Of a stretch of DNA of 64,000 nucleotides, positions 1 through 10,115 are shown in pieces. The position numbers were made by a program, and so were the translations under genes. Position 1 is the stretch's first letter, and each line of letters starts with the position of its first letter. This stretch comes from a virus: positions 1 to 64,000 of the IMG/VR virus record IMGVR_UViG_3300025168_000049; one strand, 5' to 3'. A model generated the notes under the pieces. The model was not told the DNA's origin and made no database searches. It saw nothing but the letters and a program-made list of their open reading frames with translations.

Positions 1-355
1 AGTAGCCTAGACCTTCATTTTGTTCGTATAACAGATCTATATGCTCTGCTACTATATCTAATGAAGCTATATTGTAATAACTTGCATCAAAATTACTATC
101 TTCATATTGAGCACCGTGGCGTTCAATGTAATAGTCTTCAACTTTCTTTTTTCCTCCTAATATTTCTAGTGCTACTTCTTTCTCACGTTGAGAGTCACAT
201 GCATTTGTAACTAACTCTCTAACAGTGGACTGAACCGGCATAGAATATTGTGTGGATTGGAGAATGTCAAATACCATCTTCTCTGCGCCTTTATTGATGC
301 GCTTTGCAATGCCGGTATCACCCCGCATTGGTTTGTCAATTGTTTTTATACTCAT
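1..355 (-). CDS. rIIA-like protein with N-terminal GHKL (HATPase_c) domain; runs off the window start
   Basis: ATG at 355-353; manual translation MSIKTIDKPMRG...QSTVRELVTNACDSQRE contains the GHKL N-box (RELxxNAxD); absent from ORF track because no stop in window. Confidence 0.7.
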   Translation of the reverse strand, partial: MSIKTIDKPMRGDTGIAKRINKGAEKMVFDILQSTQYSMPVQSTVRELVTNACDSQREKEVALEILGGKKKVEDYYIERHGAQYEDSNFDASYYNIASLDIVAEHIDLLYEQNEGLGY

Positions 356-364
356 AATTTATTT

Positions 365-1219
365 TTAAAATATATACCTTATAGTGTTCCAAGGTATAAT
401 TGATTCGTGTAATTGTTTAAATTCACTGATGTATTCAGATTTTAAACCTAGTTTGTATCGTATATTTTCTCCTCCATACTGCGAACGCTTAGTTTCTTGC
501 TTACTTACGACCCATAAATCTATTTCTGTCTTAGGGTTGTTCTGTAAGTTCACAGTATGTTTCTTAATATTGTGTGTAAGGAAAATACATTCGGATAATA
601 CTTGGTTTTTGTTTTCTACATATTCATTCACTATGTTAAATAGATCTTTATAATCTTCTAGCCATCCATCATATACTATAATGGGACTGTAATTAACATG
701 TACATCGTAGCCTGCTTCTATAAATGTATTAATAGCTTTTATTCTATCAATAATTTTAGATGTATTAGGCTCGTGTAAGTCTGACTTATGTTGAGGCATT
801 AAACTAAATCTAATACGTATTTTACCTTGTGGGTTAAATGATAATAGATTTGGATTAACATATTTTGTTGCAAAGCTGCCCATTGCAATAGGATGGTCTC
901 TGAAGAACTCAAAGGTTTTTTCCCATTCATGGTACTTAGCATGCAGAGCAAAATCTTCGTTACAACTAATATCATATGTTGTAAACTCAGGATGTGTTTG
1001 ATTAGGTTTATCTACAGGTGTAAAAAAAGCATGATTGTTTACAGCTGTTAATATATCTCCTGTATTAGTTGCTACATCAAGACCAGTATCTTTATGTCTT
1101 TTCATGTAGCAGTAAGAACAGTTGTATAAACAGCCATAACCAAAGCTTGGACTAATAAAATCTGTAGATCTTCCTGAAGGCCTAATAAGCATAGACTTTC
1201 TAGTGATCTTTTTTATCAT
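365..1219 (-). CDS. Radical SAM enzyme, spore photoproduct lyase (SplB)-like
   Basis: CxxxCxxC motif in GYGCLYNCSYCYM; SPL-like downstream elements (FATK, RIRFSL, RIKAIN..GY.V..NYSPII, IRY near C-terminus). Confidence 0.75.
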   Translation of the reverse strand: MIKKITRKSMLIRPSGRSTDFISPSFGYGCLYNCSYCYMKRHKDTGLDVATNTGDILTAVNNHAFFTPVDKPNQTHPEFTTYDISCNEDFALHAKYHEWEKTFEFFRDHPIAMGSFATKYVNPNLLSFNPQGKIRIRFSLMPQHKSDLHEPNTSKIIDRIKAINTFIEAGYDVHVNYSPIIVYDGWLEDYKDLFNIVNEYVENKNQVLSECIFLTHNIKKHTVNLQNNPKTEIDLWVVSKQETKRSQYGGENIRYKLGLKSEYISEFKQLHESIIPWNTIRYIF

Positions 1220-1470
1220 AGTCCTAACCTTTCTTCGTCCATACGATCTTCTAAAAAAGAATCATGCATTCTATCTGCATACTCATAATCTAGCTCAGGT
1301 TCTTCAAAGAAATCATCACATGTTTCGCACCAGAATCCTTCCGCAGGCTCTGCATGTTCTTTACAATCTGAACAAAGTCCTTGGAGTATTGTAGCGTCGC
1401 AGCAATAGCTAGGACCACTGTCATTATCTGTGTATTCTCCCCCACAGCAAGGGCTTACTAATTCTGCCAT
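1216..1470 (-). CDS. Small Cys-rich (Zn-ribbon-like) hypothetical protein
   Basis: CC, CC, CxxC, CxxC in 84 aa; 4-nt overlap with downstream gene. Confidence 0.6.
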   Translation of the reverse strand: MAELVSPCCGGEYTDNDSGPSYCCDATILQGLCSDCKEHAEPAEGFWCETCDDFFEEPELDYEYADRMHDSFLEDRMDEERLGL

Positions 1471-1562
1471 AATTTTAAGTGTTTGGTTAATAAAAAGGAA
1501 AGAGGGTGGTAGGACCGACCTGGGTATCTACCAGCTTCCAGCGCGCTCAGTCTGCTACCCCT

Positions 1563-1988
1563 CTAACCTATTTGTTTGATTAGTTCTATTGTTTCTAGAA
1601 CTTGTTTTTGATTCTTTGGTAGGAAAAGAGCATAAGTATCTCCGTTTTCCATCAAATGATTTTTAAATAGTTTCCATTTTAAAGGAAATACATCATTAGC
1701 ATATCCTTTAACTTCTACTATCCATTTACCATCAGGATCTACAAAATCAGGAGTATAAGTTATATCCCTAACTTTAGCAGTTATATCCATGTATCCTTTT
1801 TTCTTAGGTTCAACACATCCATTTGTAAAGTGAAATCCAGTCATTAAAACAAATTTCTTTTGTTCATATAATGATTTAATTTTAGCTTTCTCAAATTCTT
1901 TGTAGGTAAATAATTCTAATTTTGAACGGAATTTAATATTCTTATAAACTTTACTTGTTGCATTTCTAATCTTATTATTCTTCTTCAT
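1563..1988 (-). CDS. PD-(D/E)xK endonuclease (T7 endonuclease I/DUF1064-like resolvase)
   Basis: FRSKLE N-terminal motif and YTPDF...IVEVKG catalytic motif. Confidence 0.8.
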   Translation of the reverse strand: MKKNNKIRNATSKVYKNIKFRSKLELFTYKEFEKAKIKSLYEQKKFVLMTGFHFTNGCVEPKKKGYMDITAKVRDITYTPDFVDPDGKWIVEVKGYANDVFPLKWKLFKNHLMENGDTYALFLPKNQKQVLETIELIKQIG

Positions 1989-3000
1989 ATTTTATACATT
2001 TTTTTAATATGTCTTGTGCTATTAAAGATTTAGCAAGTTCTTTATCTCTATAAGTTTTGACAAAATCCGAGATATCTTTAGTCTCAAACTCAGGTTCCAA
2101 AAAGATGTTTTGTACGCTATAAAGAGAACAGATTTTATTGGCCATTGTTTGACCGGTATTTTCTTCTTTGTCAAAATCGTTATCGTAGAATATAATTATA
2201 TTTGCAAATCTACGTTTTAATTCTAATATTATCTCTTCTTTAGGCATTAAAACTTCACTTTGAAAAGCTATTGCAAAGAAGCCTAGTTCATACAAACACA
2301 TCACATCTTTTAGCGATGAGGTAATTATTAAAACATCCCCTGTTGCAGGCAATTGATCCCATCCTTGAATAGAGTCTGTATTTGTATTACTGGCCCATTT
2401 ATACTCTGAATAAGGTGCATAAATCTTATATTTGTCTCCTATTGTATAAACATAAGTCATTTTATCACATTTAAATCGTTGTAAATTAATCCAATAATAA
2501 TCAATAGGTTCTACATCAAATTTTATTAATGTCTTTTTTGTTATAAAATATTTACTCCAAAACTCTTTATCTTCTTTAGCCCACTTACGTCTTCTCTTTC
2601 TTATAATAGTTTCTTGTTTAGGCTGTATTTTTATATTAGATTTATAACCTACATATCCCATTGTGAAATTAATCTCTGACTTACGAGAAGCTAAATTAAG
2701 ATTGAAATCATTATCTATAATCAACAAGGCATCATAAAACCCACATGAATATTTTGCCATAATATATCCAAAGCAGTCAAATGTATGTTCAGGATACCCA
2801 AAGTCTTTATACAACAAAGAACTCTTCCATTCTATAATAGAAGCTGAGGGATTTTTATCTCCTCTTAATTCACTGCAGAACTTTTCTTTAACGTTCTTAA
2901 AAACTGTGCAGTAGTACTTAAAAATGTCATAAGCTGAAATCTTTTCAAGTATTTTTTCAGTGCACAGATGTGCATCACTATCTCTATTAATAATTGGCAT
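1975..3000 (-). CDS. DNA primase (crAss-type, Toprim)
   Basis: LRGDKNPS, YKDFG, IITSSLKDVM, FYDND, KDISD motifs; start placed at ATG 3000 because the track's 25-codon extension runs through an intergenic hairpin. Confidence 0.85.
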   Translation of the reverse strand: MPIINRDSDAHLCTEKILEKISAYDIFKYYCTVFKNVKEKFCSELRGDKNPSASIIEWKSSLLYKDFGYPEHTFDCFGYIMAKYSCGFYDALLIIDNDFNLNLASRKSEINFTMGYVGYKSNIKIQPKQETIIRKRRRKWAKEDKEFWSKYFITKKTLIKFDVEPIDYYWINLQRFKCDKMTYVYTIGDKYKIYAPYSEYKWASNTNTDSIQGWDQLPATGDVLIITSSLKDVMCLYELGFFAIAFQSEVLMPKEEIILELKRRFANIIIFYDNDFDKEENTGQTMANKICSLYSVQNIFLEPEFETKDISDFVKTYRDKELAKSLIAQDILKKCIKYEEE

Positions 3001-3107
3001 ATAGTTAAATTTAAAAAGAAAAGGGGTACAACCCAACCAGCGGACTCCACGTTTTATCTGGCCTTTTGTGTACACAAGCCCATGAGCTTCCCCCCTTTCT
3101 ATATTAA

Positions 3108-3866
3108 TTACCAGTCATCTCCTTCTGATGGTGTATCCGTAAATATACCATTAGAATCTGGATCTGGTGTTGGTACTGCTAGTTGAGGTGTAAATTCTCC
3201 CCATATTAAATCTGAATTGAATTCAGCATTAAAAGTTCCATACTCATCAGATAGCTTCTTTATAAATAAATTATCTCTTTGAGGCTTTACTCTTCCAAAA
3301 TGCTTTGTATATACAGATTGATATTTTCCATCCTTTACTCCTACTAACACTCTTATAGTATTCTTATCTAAAACTTTAGCTAAAGTTTGGATCTCAGTAA
3401 CATTACCTTTAACAATTTCTCCTATAGTTTCAAAGGATACATCATCACCAGATGCTACATTAGCCCACGCTTTTACAAATTCTACTAAAGTCTCTTCTCC
3501 TACATAAGCTTTTCTCTGTCCTTCAGCTTTCCACCAGTCATAACTTGGCTCTTCTGCAGACCAGGTAGCTTGACCAACATTGTTGATCCATTGAAATTTA
3601 CCTGTTTGTGAAGTTCTTTCTTTAGGTTGAGTTAAGATTTCAAATCTAGTAGTAATATCTGAATTCTTTAACCAGAATGTAACTTTAAAATACTCCTCAC
3701 CATTTAATTCTATAAAATAGTTAGGTTCTGTTTTTAAGTTTATTCCTAAATCATGTAATTGTTGTAATGTAGGATTTACAGTCATTACTTCCATGTTTGT
3801 TAAGCCGGAATATAATTTCATTCCTGCTCCTACTACCTCTTGGGTACTATCATTGCTTTTTATCAT
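3108..3866 (-). CDS. Putative single-stranded DNA-binding protein
   Basis: Position between AAA ATPase and primase; acidic C-terminal tail ending EGDDW. Confidence 0.55.
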   Translation of the reverse strand: MIKSNDSTQEVVGAGMKLYSGLTNMEVMTVNPTLQQLHDLGINLKTEPNYFIELNGEEYFKVTFWLKNSDITTRFEILTQPKERTSQTGKFQWINNVGQATWSAEEPSYDWWKAEGQRKAYVGEETLVEFVKAWANVASGDDVSFETIGEIVKGNVTEIQTLAKVLDKNTIRVLVGVKDGKYQSVYTKHFGRVKPQRDNLFIKKLSDEYGTFNAEFNSDLIWGEFTPQLAVPTPDPDSNGIFTDTPSEGDDW

Positions 3867-3883
3867 TGTCTAATTTTTAAGGG

Positions 3884-4237
3884 TTAAAATTCTAAGTTTT
3901 CGTCTTCGTCTTCACCAAACTCTTCAGCTTGTTGCTCTGCTACTAGTTCTAGAGTATCGTCAATAGTAGGTACAGGTATACTAGTTTGATTAGGATCTGC
4001 AGCTGTTTCTGTATCATCTACAAAGTTAAAAGATAATTTTTTAACTCTCTTAGCTTTCTTACCTTTCAGTGCAGGGTGTTGGAATATTTGCGTTACTTCC
4101 CAAGTTTCTAATCCGTACTTTACTTTAATACCATCTCTACCAATACCATTGTCTAAATCTGCTAAGATCATAGTAGTAGTAATTGTTGCGGGAGTTTCTT
4201 GCGCGGCAACTGGCGCATTTGATGTTGCTTCAATCAT
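3884..4237 (-). CDS. Hypothetical protein with acidic tail (replication module)
   Basis: Intact 117-aa ORF in operon, AT-rich initiation region. Confidence 0.6.
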   Translation of the reverse strand: MIEATSNAPVAAQETPATITTTMILADLDNGIGRDGIKVKYGLETWEVTQIFQHPALKGKKAKRVKKLSFNFVDDTETAADPNQTSIPVPTIDDTLELVAEQQAEEFGEDEDENLEF

Positions 4238-4257
4238 TTCTTTTAATTTTTAATTAA

Positions 4258-4959
4258 TTAATCTATAAATATTTCTGGCCATTCTAAAGGCATGACCTTA
4301 CCTTTTAAGTGATTACATCTAGAGCCTGCAGTTACATCATCCATAGAATCAAAAGAAACCATAGTTTCTCCTTCACCTTCTCTATATATATAACCAACTG
4401 CATCAGCGTTAGCGCATGTGATTTGCTTGATCTTACCAGTTAAGTCAAGGTCTTTAACAGCAACCTCTTTACCTTTCTTCTCAAGCATTTTATCCTTTAA
4501 GTGTCCAACTAAGATAACATGGTCTGCCAGTGTATTCAATCTATCTAACCATTTTTTATACGCTATTCTTAAATATAAATAGCCACCGCCATTTGGCAAT
4601 GATAGTATAGACATACCTGGATTCTTTGTTTCAAAGTTTTTACCCATCGGAGTTTTCATATAAATACTCTTTGCTTCTTCTTCACACCATTCCTCTAATT
4701 TAGAGATAGTATCAATAGCTACATATTTATATGGTCTTCCCTGCTTAATAATTTCTCGACCTACATCAGCAAGTTCTTTTAAATTAGATACTTTAATTTT
4801 CAAAGCGTCTAACATGTCTGAACCATCTTCTAGATCAATAATTAGGCAGTTTTCTAATTGGGATAACATAGTAGTCTTACCTATCTTAGGGGGACCATAT
4901 ATTATCATGTTCTTAGGCGATTTACGGCTCGCCTTTACCTTACTAGTTGGTAATTCCAT
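4258..4959 (-). CDS. AAA_24/Sak4-like P-loop ATPase
   Basis: Walker A GPPKIGKT, IIDLEDG, Walker B VAIDT, LVGH. Confidence 0.85.
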   Translation of the reverse strand: MELPTSKVKASRKSPKNMIIYGPPKIGKTTMLSQLENCLIIDLEDGSDMLDALKIKVSNLKELADVGREIIKQGRPYKYVAIDTISKLEEWCEEEAKSIYMKTPMGKNFETKNPGMSILSLPNGGGYLYLRIAYKKWLDRLNTLADHVILVGHLKDKMLEKKGKEVAVKDLDLTGKIKQITCANADAVGYIYREGEGETMVSFDSMDDVTAGSRCNHLKGKVMPLEWPEIFID

Positions 4960-5140
4960 CTTTTTTTGTTAAGTTAAATTTTTCTTTAATTTTATTTCGT
5001 GTACTTACTAGCCTAGAGCGCTTTGCTCTAGGGTGATCAAACATTTTATCATTCTCTGGTCTAATCACATCACGGTTATCCATTTTGTTAATTGTACCTG
5101 TAAGATTATTATAAATCTCTACGGCTTTTCTCTTGCCCAT
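4943..5140 (-). CDS. Small basic hypothetical protein
   Basis: ORF track; probable start MGKRK at 5140. Confidence 0.5.
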   Translation of the reverse strand: MGKRKAVEIYNNLTGTINKMDNRDVIRPENDKMFDHPRAKRSRLVSTRNKIKEKFNLTKKDGITN

Positions 5141-5288
5141 TGTCTTGTTTTTTATCAAAGTCTCTTAAGTTACGTAAAAACTTCTTATGGTTAATATTGC
5201 TATCTACGTGCTCTATAATCTGAGAGGATACATAAAGTCCTAACACAAATCCTACGGCACCTACAGTAATAATTGTTAATGTTATCAT
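5109..5288 (-). CDS. Small membrane protein (59 aa, not in ORF track)
   Basis: Manual translation MITLTIITVGAVGFVLGLYVSSQII...; fills the gap after dnaB; N-terminal hydrophobic helix. Confidence 0.55.
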   Translation of the reverse strand: MITLTIITVGAVGFVLGLYVSSQIIEHVDSNINHKKFLRNLRDFDKKQDNGQEKSRRDL

Positions 5289-5291
5289 ATC

Positions 5292-6227
5292 TTATTTATT
5301 TTTTCTTTCGTTAATTGTAAATGTAGACATTTCTGCTTCAAATGGTATCATACCAAGTAGTCCATCTCTGTTCTTTTCTACATGTATTGCTAACAGTCCC
5401 ATTGGATCTTCATCACAATATAACTCTGTGATTCCATATAGATCATTAGGTCGTTGTAGCATCATTACAACATGAGCATCCTGGCCAATACTATCGCCTC
5501 CAAATAAATCTGTTAGCAGTGGTTGGTACTGTGCTTTAGCACGGTGCTCTTGTTCTATGTTCCTATTAAGCTGAGAGATCAAAATGTTTATAGTGCCCAT
5601 CTTAGCTTGTAACCACATACATCCTTTAGATACATCATTAAGCTTCTGTAGTTCATGTTCTTTCTCACTTAATATAAGCCTAGAGTGATCAAATACATTT
5701 ATAATAGTATGGTCAGGTCGTTTATTAGTTACGTCTATATTAGATTTCTTAATAAACTCCATATCTCTAGGTACATTATTAAAATAGATAGGGTAATGAG
5801 CGTACTTAAGTACTTCTTTCTTAAACTTCTCATACTCTTGTCTTTCTAATTTATGCTCTACAGATAATAATTGACTCACTTCTTTATGAGTTCCTTTTGC
5901 ACCGGCTCTAAGTATCTGTTGATATCCTGGCATTTCAAAGCTCCAATATAATACTAGTAATTTCTTACCTTTATTGTTATCTAACAAGTCAAATATCATC
6001 TGATTGCTAAAAGCTGACTTACCTACGCCGGGCCTACCAGCTATTACATACATCTTACCAGGTTGTAATCCTCCTAATAAATTTTTATTTAATCTCTTCC
6101 ATTTAGTAGGATATACAGACCTTGTACCGTTCATTCCGTCTTGTACCTGATAAAGAGATGCACTAATAGCTTTATTAATACTTTTAAACCCTCTGTCTTT
6201 AAAGGGATCTTGTGATTCTATTTCCAT
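5292..6227 (-). CDS. dnaB: DnaB-like (SF4) replicative helicase
   Basis: AGRPGVGKS, SFEM, VFDH, ISQLNR, IGQDAHVV, EKNRDG; likely start MEIESQ (track extends to 6257). Confidence 0.9.
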   Translation of the reverse strand: MEIESQDPFKDRGFKSINKAISASLYQVQDGMNGTRSVYPTKWKRLNKNLLGGLQPGKMYVIAGRPGVGKSAFSNQMIFDLLDNNKGKKLLVLYWSFEMPGYQQILRAGAKGTHKEVSQLLSVEHKLERQEYEKFKKEVLKYAHYPIYFNNVPRDMEFIKKSNIDVTNKRPDHTIINVFDHSRLILSEKEHELQKLNDVSKGCMWLQAKMGTINILISQLNRNIEQEHRAKAQYQPLLTDLFGGDSIGQDAHVVMMLQRPNDLYGITELYCDEDPMGLLAIHVEKNRDGLLGMIPFEAEMSTFTINERKNK

Positions 6228-6747
6228 TGTCATTTGTGTTTTTGTCAATATCCTCATACTTCTCCCAAGTATGATTATTTAACCAGGTTTCTAAATTTTG
6301 TAAGTATCCTAAGTTATCTCGCTCTACAGTCAATTGAACATCTAACAGTTTCATAATGCGTTTATGTTCATGTACCTGGGTACCAATAAGCTTGCGATAT
6401 TTTGCTTTACTCTTTTGGTTAGCCTTTGATGCGGGATCTTTAGCATGCAGTATTCGTATACCTCTGGCGGGAGAATTTACCTTCATAGGATACGTACTTA
6501 ACAGCTCAGCAAACATGGAGTCAAAGCTACCTGAAAACAAATCAATAAACTCTTGTCTAATGATATTGTTTTCAACAGTTGCTCCAATTTTTACATAGCC
6601 TTTAGCTTGTAAGTCTAACCAATTAGGGTTTAACTTAAGCTCTTTAAAGATAGAATATCCGTTACGATATAATAGATATAAAGAAATGAAATCATCAGCG
6701 CTAATCTGACTGTCTTTCAATAAGTCTAAGTTTACTTCTATCTTCAT
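6199..6747 (-). CDS. Putative replication initiator/helicase-associated protein
   Basis: Directly upstream of dnaB; YP.K and ETWLN..WE motifs typical of phage replication-initiator C-termini. Confidence 0.5.
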   Translation of the reverse strand: MKIEVNLDLLKDSQISADDFISLYLLYRNGYSIFKELKLNPNWLDLQAKGYVKIGATVENNIIRQEFIDLFSGSFDSMFAELLSTYPMKVNSPARGIRILHAKDPASKANQKSKAKYRKLIGTQVHEHKRIMKLLDVQLTVERDNLGYLQNLETWLNNHTWEKYEDIDKNTNDNGNRITRSL

Positions 6748-6953
6748 CTTTGTCTATATGGTATTAATAAAATGACTCTATATAGTTTACTCTCACTATA
6801 TTTTTGCTCGTCATCTTCCATATATATATCAGTTGATTTTTGCATCAGTCTGAGGTACAGACCATCTTTGGTTGATATGAATTGAATAAATTCATTTGTC
6901 ACTGCTAGATAAAACATAACAATGAACATTAAATAGTTTAAAGGAATTTCCAT
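6744..6953 (-). CDS. Hypothetical protein
   Basis: ORF with 4-nt overlap to next gene. Confidence 0.45.
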   Translation of the reverse strand: MEIPLNYLMFIVMFYLAVTNEFIQFISTKDGLYLRLMQKSTDIYMEDDEQKYSESKLYRVILLIPYRQR

Positions 6954-6978
6954 ATTTATAAATTTTAAAGGTTATTAA

Positions 6979-8178
6979 TTAGGCTTTTAGCCAGTTTACA
7001 TTATTCAGATTTTTTACTGCTTTCTTAAGCCACGTCTCTTCTTGACTATCCTCTACATAGAGAATATATATTGTACCGGTTTTACCTTCTTGAAATCTAA
7101 CAAGTCTTCCAACTCGTTGTATCATTGATAACCCTTTACTTGTGATCCCACATATAATACCCATATTAGCGTCAGGTATATCTAAACCTTGGTTTAAAGC
7201 TTTAGTACTACATAGCACATTTATACTGCCTTCTTTAAAAGCATCTAATGCTAATTTTCTTTGCTTGACAGTCTTTCCACTGTGGTATACAACTGCTAAG
7301 GGATCTACAGCTGCACACATTTTATCAGTAAATGCATTAATACCACCAAAAGAGATAATTCTACTATCAGTATTATCAGTTACAAGCTCTTTAAATCTCT
7401 CTAGCTTATTCTCTGCTGAATCTATTATCTTTTTACGCATACGAATAGTTCCAAAGAAGTTAGCGGCATTTGCTTTGTCTTGAGGATCAGCATGTGTATT
7501 ATTTAAGTGTTCTTTAGCTTTGTCAAATGCATCAAACATTCCTAATTCATACTTATAGTATACAAACATCTTGTTTATTTTCTTATACTCTTCACGCTCA
7601 GTGTCTGTTAATTTTATAGGTATACAATTAATCTCATAAGGAGATACTAAACCTAACTTTACACACTCATCTAAAGAGATGTTATAAATTGTAGGAGCTA
7701 ACTTACGTAGTATATGTTTATACTCAAGCTCTTCTGGCTCTGTTGCTGTCATACATAATAGGTTATCATAAGTGTTCATACTGAAGAACTTTCTATGTTC
7801 TTTACTCAAGCCTAAATGTATTTCATCACATACAACTATACTATAGTGCTGTCCTTGCAATTTATATGCAGACTGATAACACATAATATCTACGCTGTCT
7901 AGGCAATGAGAGTACCCCCATTTATGAAACTCATCTTCAAATTGTTCTTGCAATTGAATCGTGGGAACTAAAACCAGTGCTTTAGTAGAAGGATTGCTCC
8001 TAAGAATGTAGTTAATGGCAGCCACACCACATCTTGACTTACCAAAGCCGGTACCAGCAATGAGACTACCAATACCATTATTATCAGCCCACGCATTAAG
8101 CGCTTTCTTCTGTTCATTGTCTTTGGTTTCATTTAATTTCATTTTTATTTTCATCTTTATTTTTATTTTGTCCAACAA
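6979..8178 (-). CDS. Superfamily 2 helicase (DExH)
   Basis: TGFGKS, DEIH, MTAT, GLDIPD, QRVGRLVR motifs; true start may be a few codons downstream. Confidence 0.9.
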   Translation of the reverse strand: MLDKIKIKMKIKMKLNETKDNEQKKALNAWADNNGIGSLIAGTGFGKSRCGVAAINYILRSNPSTKALVLVPTIQLQEQFEDEFHKWGYSHCLDSVDIMCYQSAYKLQGQHYSIVVCDEIHLGLSKEHRKFFSMNTYDNLLCMTATEPEELEYKHILRKLAPTIYNISLDECVKLGLVSPYEINCIPIKLTDTEREEYKKINKMFVYYKYELGMFDAFDKAKEHLNNTHADPQDKANAANFFGTIRMRKKIIDSAENKLERFKELVTDNTDSRIISFGGINAFTDKMCAAVDPLAVVYHSGKTVKQRKLALDAFKEGSINVLCSTKALNQGLDIPDANMGIICGITSKGLSMIQRVGRLVRFQEGKTGTIYILYVEDSQEETWLKKAVKNLNNVNWLKA

Positions 8179-10019
8179 TTATTTACTGTTACTTCAGCTT
8201 CTAATAAGCCATTTGTTACTATCTCTTTAGCAGCTACTTCCATTAAATGTTTCATGTCTTTTGACCATTCTTCTACATAGTCATCTTGACATATAGTGTC
8301 TATCTGATCATGTACAGTCATTACTAGTTTAACAGGTGCATCATTTACATCTATATGCTCACGCATTAGTATTAAAGCTCTCTTAGTCATATCAGCACTA
8401 GCTCCTTGAATAGGTGTGTTCTTACTAGCTCTCTCGATACTACCAAGTTCCATTGTTGACGACTTGTTATCCCATATCTTTGGGTACCAGTTAGTAAACC
8501 ATCTCTTCCTATTATAAGGAGGAAATGTTTTAATATAGCCATATCTCTTACCGTAGTTCCCTAACTTCTCCAGAAAGCCCTTAATAGCAGGAAAAGCTTT
8601 AAAATATTTTTCAATAAGGAGCTTAGCATCGCTAATATTAATATTAAGGGTATCAGCGAGCTTATTAGGACCCATACCATAAGCGAGTCCAAAGTTGATT
8701 GTTTTGACATTTGTTCTAAGTTTTTTATGTGCAGCACAGTTACATTTTTCTTTATTACTCATGTATAAGCAGTCATCTTCTGCACTTGTTATCCATTGGT
8801 TACCATATACTAGCTCAGCACAGGTTGAATGCAAGTCTTGTCCGTCTTCTAAAGCTTTAATCCAAACTGGGTCCTTAGATCCAAAAGCAATTACATTTAA
8901 CTCTTGGCTTGAATAATCAGCACTTACAAAGCTCCATTTATCAGGTGCGATGAAACAGTTCCTAAAACTATTGTTTGCAGGTATCTGTTGCATATTAGGT
9001 TTACTACTACTTATTCTACCTGTATCTAGTATTTGGTGAAAATTAGTATGTATCTTACCATCTCCACTAAAATTCTTAAAGAAGCTCTCTCCATAAGATG
9101 TCCACAATTTCATTGCCTCTTTATATTTTATATATTTATATATGATAGGGAACTTAGATCCATATTTAATAAGCTCTTTACCATTAACATTATCCAATTT
9201 AGGTACAAATGTTTGAAACAATTCAAGCACTTGTTTAGGTGATGTCCATTTAACATCTACAGTTCTTATTTCATCAGTAGGTATAAATAAATCTGCTTGC
9301 ACATATTTATTTACAAATTTAGACAGAGTTATATCAGTTAAAATCAGTTCATCTAATTCTTTTGCTAACTCTATAGCTTTGCGAGAATTGATTTCTTCTA
9401 GTCCTAACCATTTACTTTCGTCTACATCTAACCCATTATATTCTATGTCAGCTAATGCTAACACAGCATCATTTTCAAGAGCAACTGTATTTTCAAGTTC
9501 AAATTGCGCTATTCTATTCTGTTGTAAATCTTTTATTTTACATAGGTGTTTAACATCTTCTGCACCATATTTTATCTGTTCATCTGTAAATTTAGTATCA
9601 GCCATATTTATAAATGATAGTCTAGTAGATTTATCTAGTTCTAGGTTTAAATATCTTTGACATAAATTACCAAGAGAGAATCCTAATTTTGTACCACAAT
9701 AGATTACTTTCTCAGTTAACATTGTATCATAAATGTTATTGCATTTTATATTTGCAGTATGTCTTATAAATTTATAATCAAATTTAGCATTGTGAAATAT
9801 CTTTACAATATCATTACTTTCTAAAAGTTCTTTTAATGGTTCTATACTGGTTACTCTTGTATCTATAATAAACTGATTTTCTTCATCTCCAATTTGAAAC
9901 ATAGTCATTATATTAGTAGTAAAATCTAATCCATTGGTTTCTGTGTCTATTCCTAATGTCTTTTTATCTCTACAATATTCTATTATTTCATCGGTGTTTG
10001 TTACTAATTTGTAAGCCAT
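8163..10019 (-). CDS. polA: DNA polymerase family A with 3'-5' exonuclease
   Basis: DTET, HNAKFD, Y..ED exonuclease motifs; TGR.SS..PN.QQ, DYSSQEL (motif A), KTINFGLAYG (B), VHDQ (C). Confidence 0.95.
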   Translation of the reverse strand: MAYKLVTNTDEIIEYCRDKKTLGIDTETNGLDFTTNIMTMFQIGDEENQFIIDTRVTSIEPLKELLESNDIVKIFHNAKFDYKFIRHTANIKCNNIYDTMLTEKVIYCGTKLGFSLGNLCQRYLNLELDKSTRLSFINMADTKFTDEQIKYGAEDVKHLCKIKDLQQNRIAQFELENTVALENDAVLALADIEYNGLDVDESKWLGLEEINSRKAIELAKELDELILTDITLSKFVNKYVQADLFIPTDEIRTVDVKWTSPKQVLELFQTFVPKLDNVNGKELIKYGSKFPIIYKYIKYKEAMKLWTSYGESFFKNFSGDGKIHTNFHQILDTGRISSSKPNMQQIPANNSFRNCFIAPDKWSFVSADYSSQELNVIAFGSKDPVWIKALEDGQDLHSTCAELVYGNQWITSAEDDCLYMSNKEKCNCAAHKKLRTNVKTINFGLAYGMGPNKLADTLNINISDAKLLIEKYFKAFPAIKGFLEKLGNYGKRYGYIKTFPPYNRKRWFTNWYPKIWDNKSSTMELGSIERASKNTPIQGASADMTKRALILMREHIDVNDAPVKLVMTVHDQIDTICQDDYVEEWSKDMKHLMEVAAKEIVTNGLLEAEVTVNNCWTK

Positions 10020-10115
10020 AAGTGATTGATTTTTAATAACAAAGGGAAGATTTCTCTCCCCTTTGTAGGTTTTTAATTAAAGTTGACTATAAACACATCC
10101 ATTATACTTACGCGG

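Noticed and set aside
6199-6257. Programmed frameshift fusing the initiator gene to dnaB
   Set aside because: An in-frame ATG at 6227 explains the overlap and no slippery site is evident
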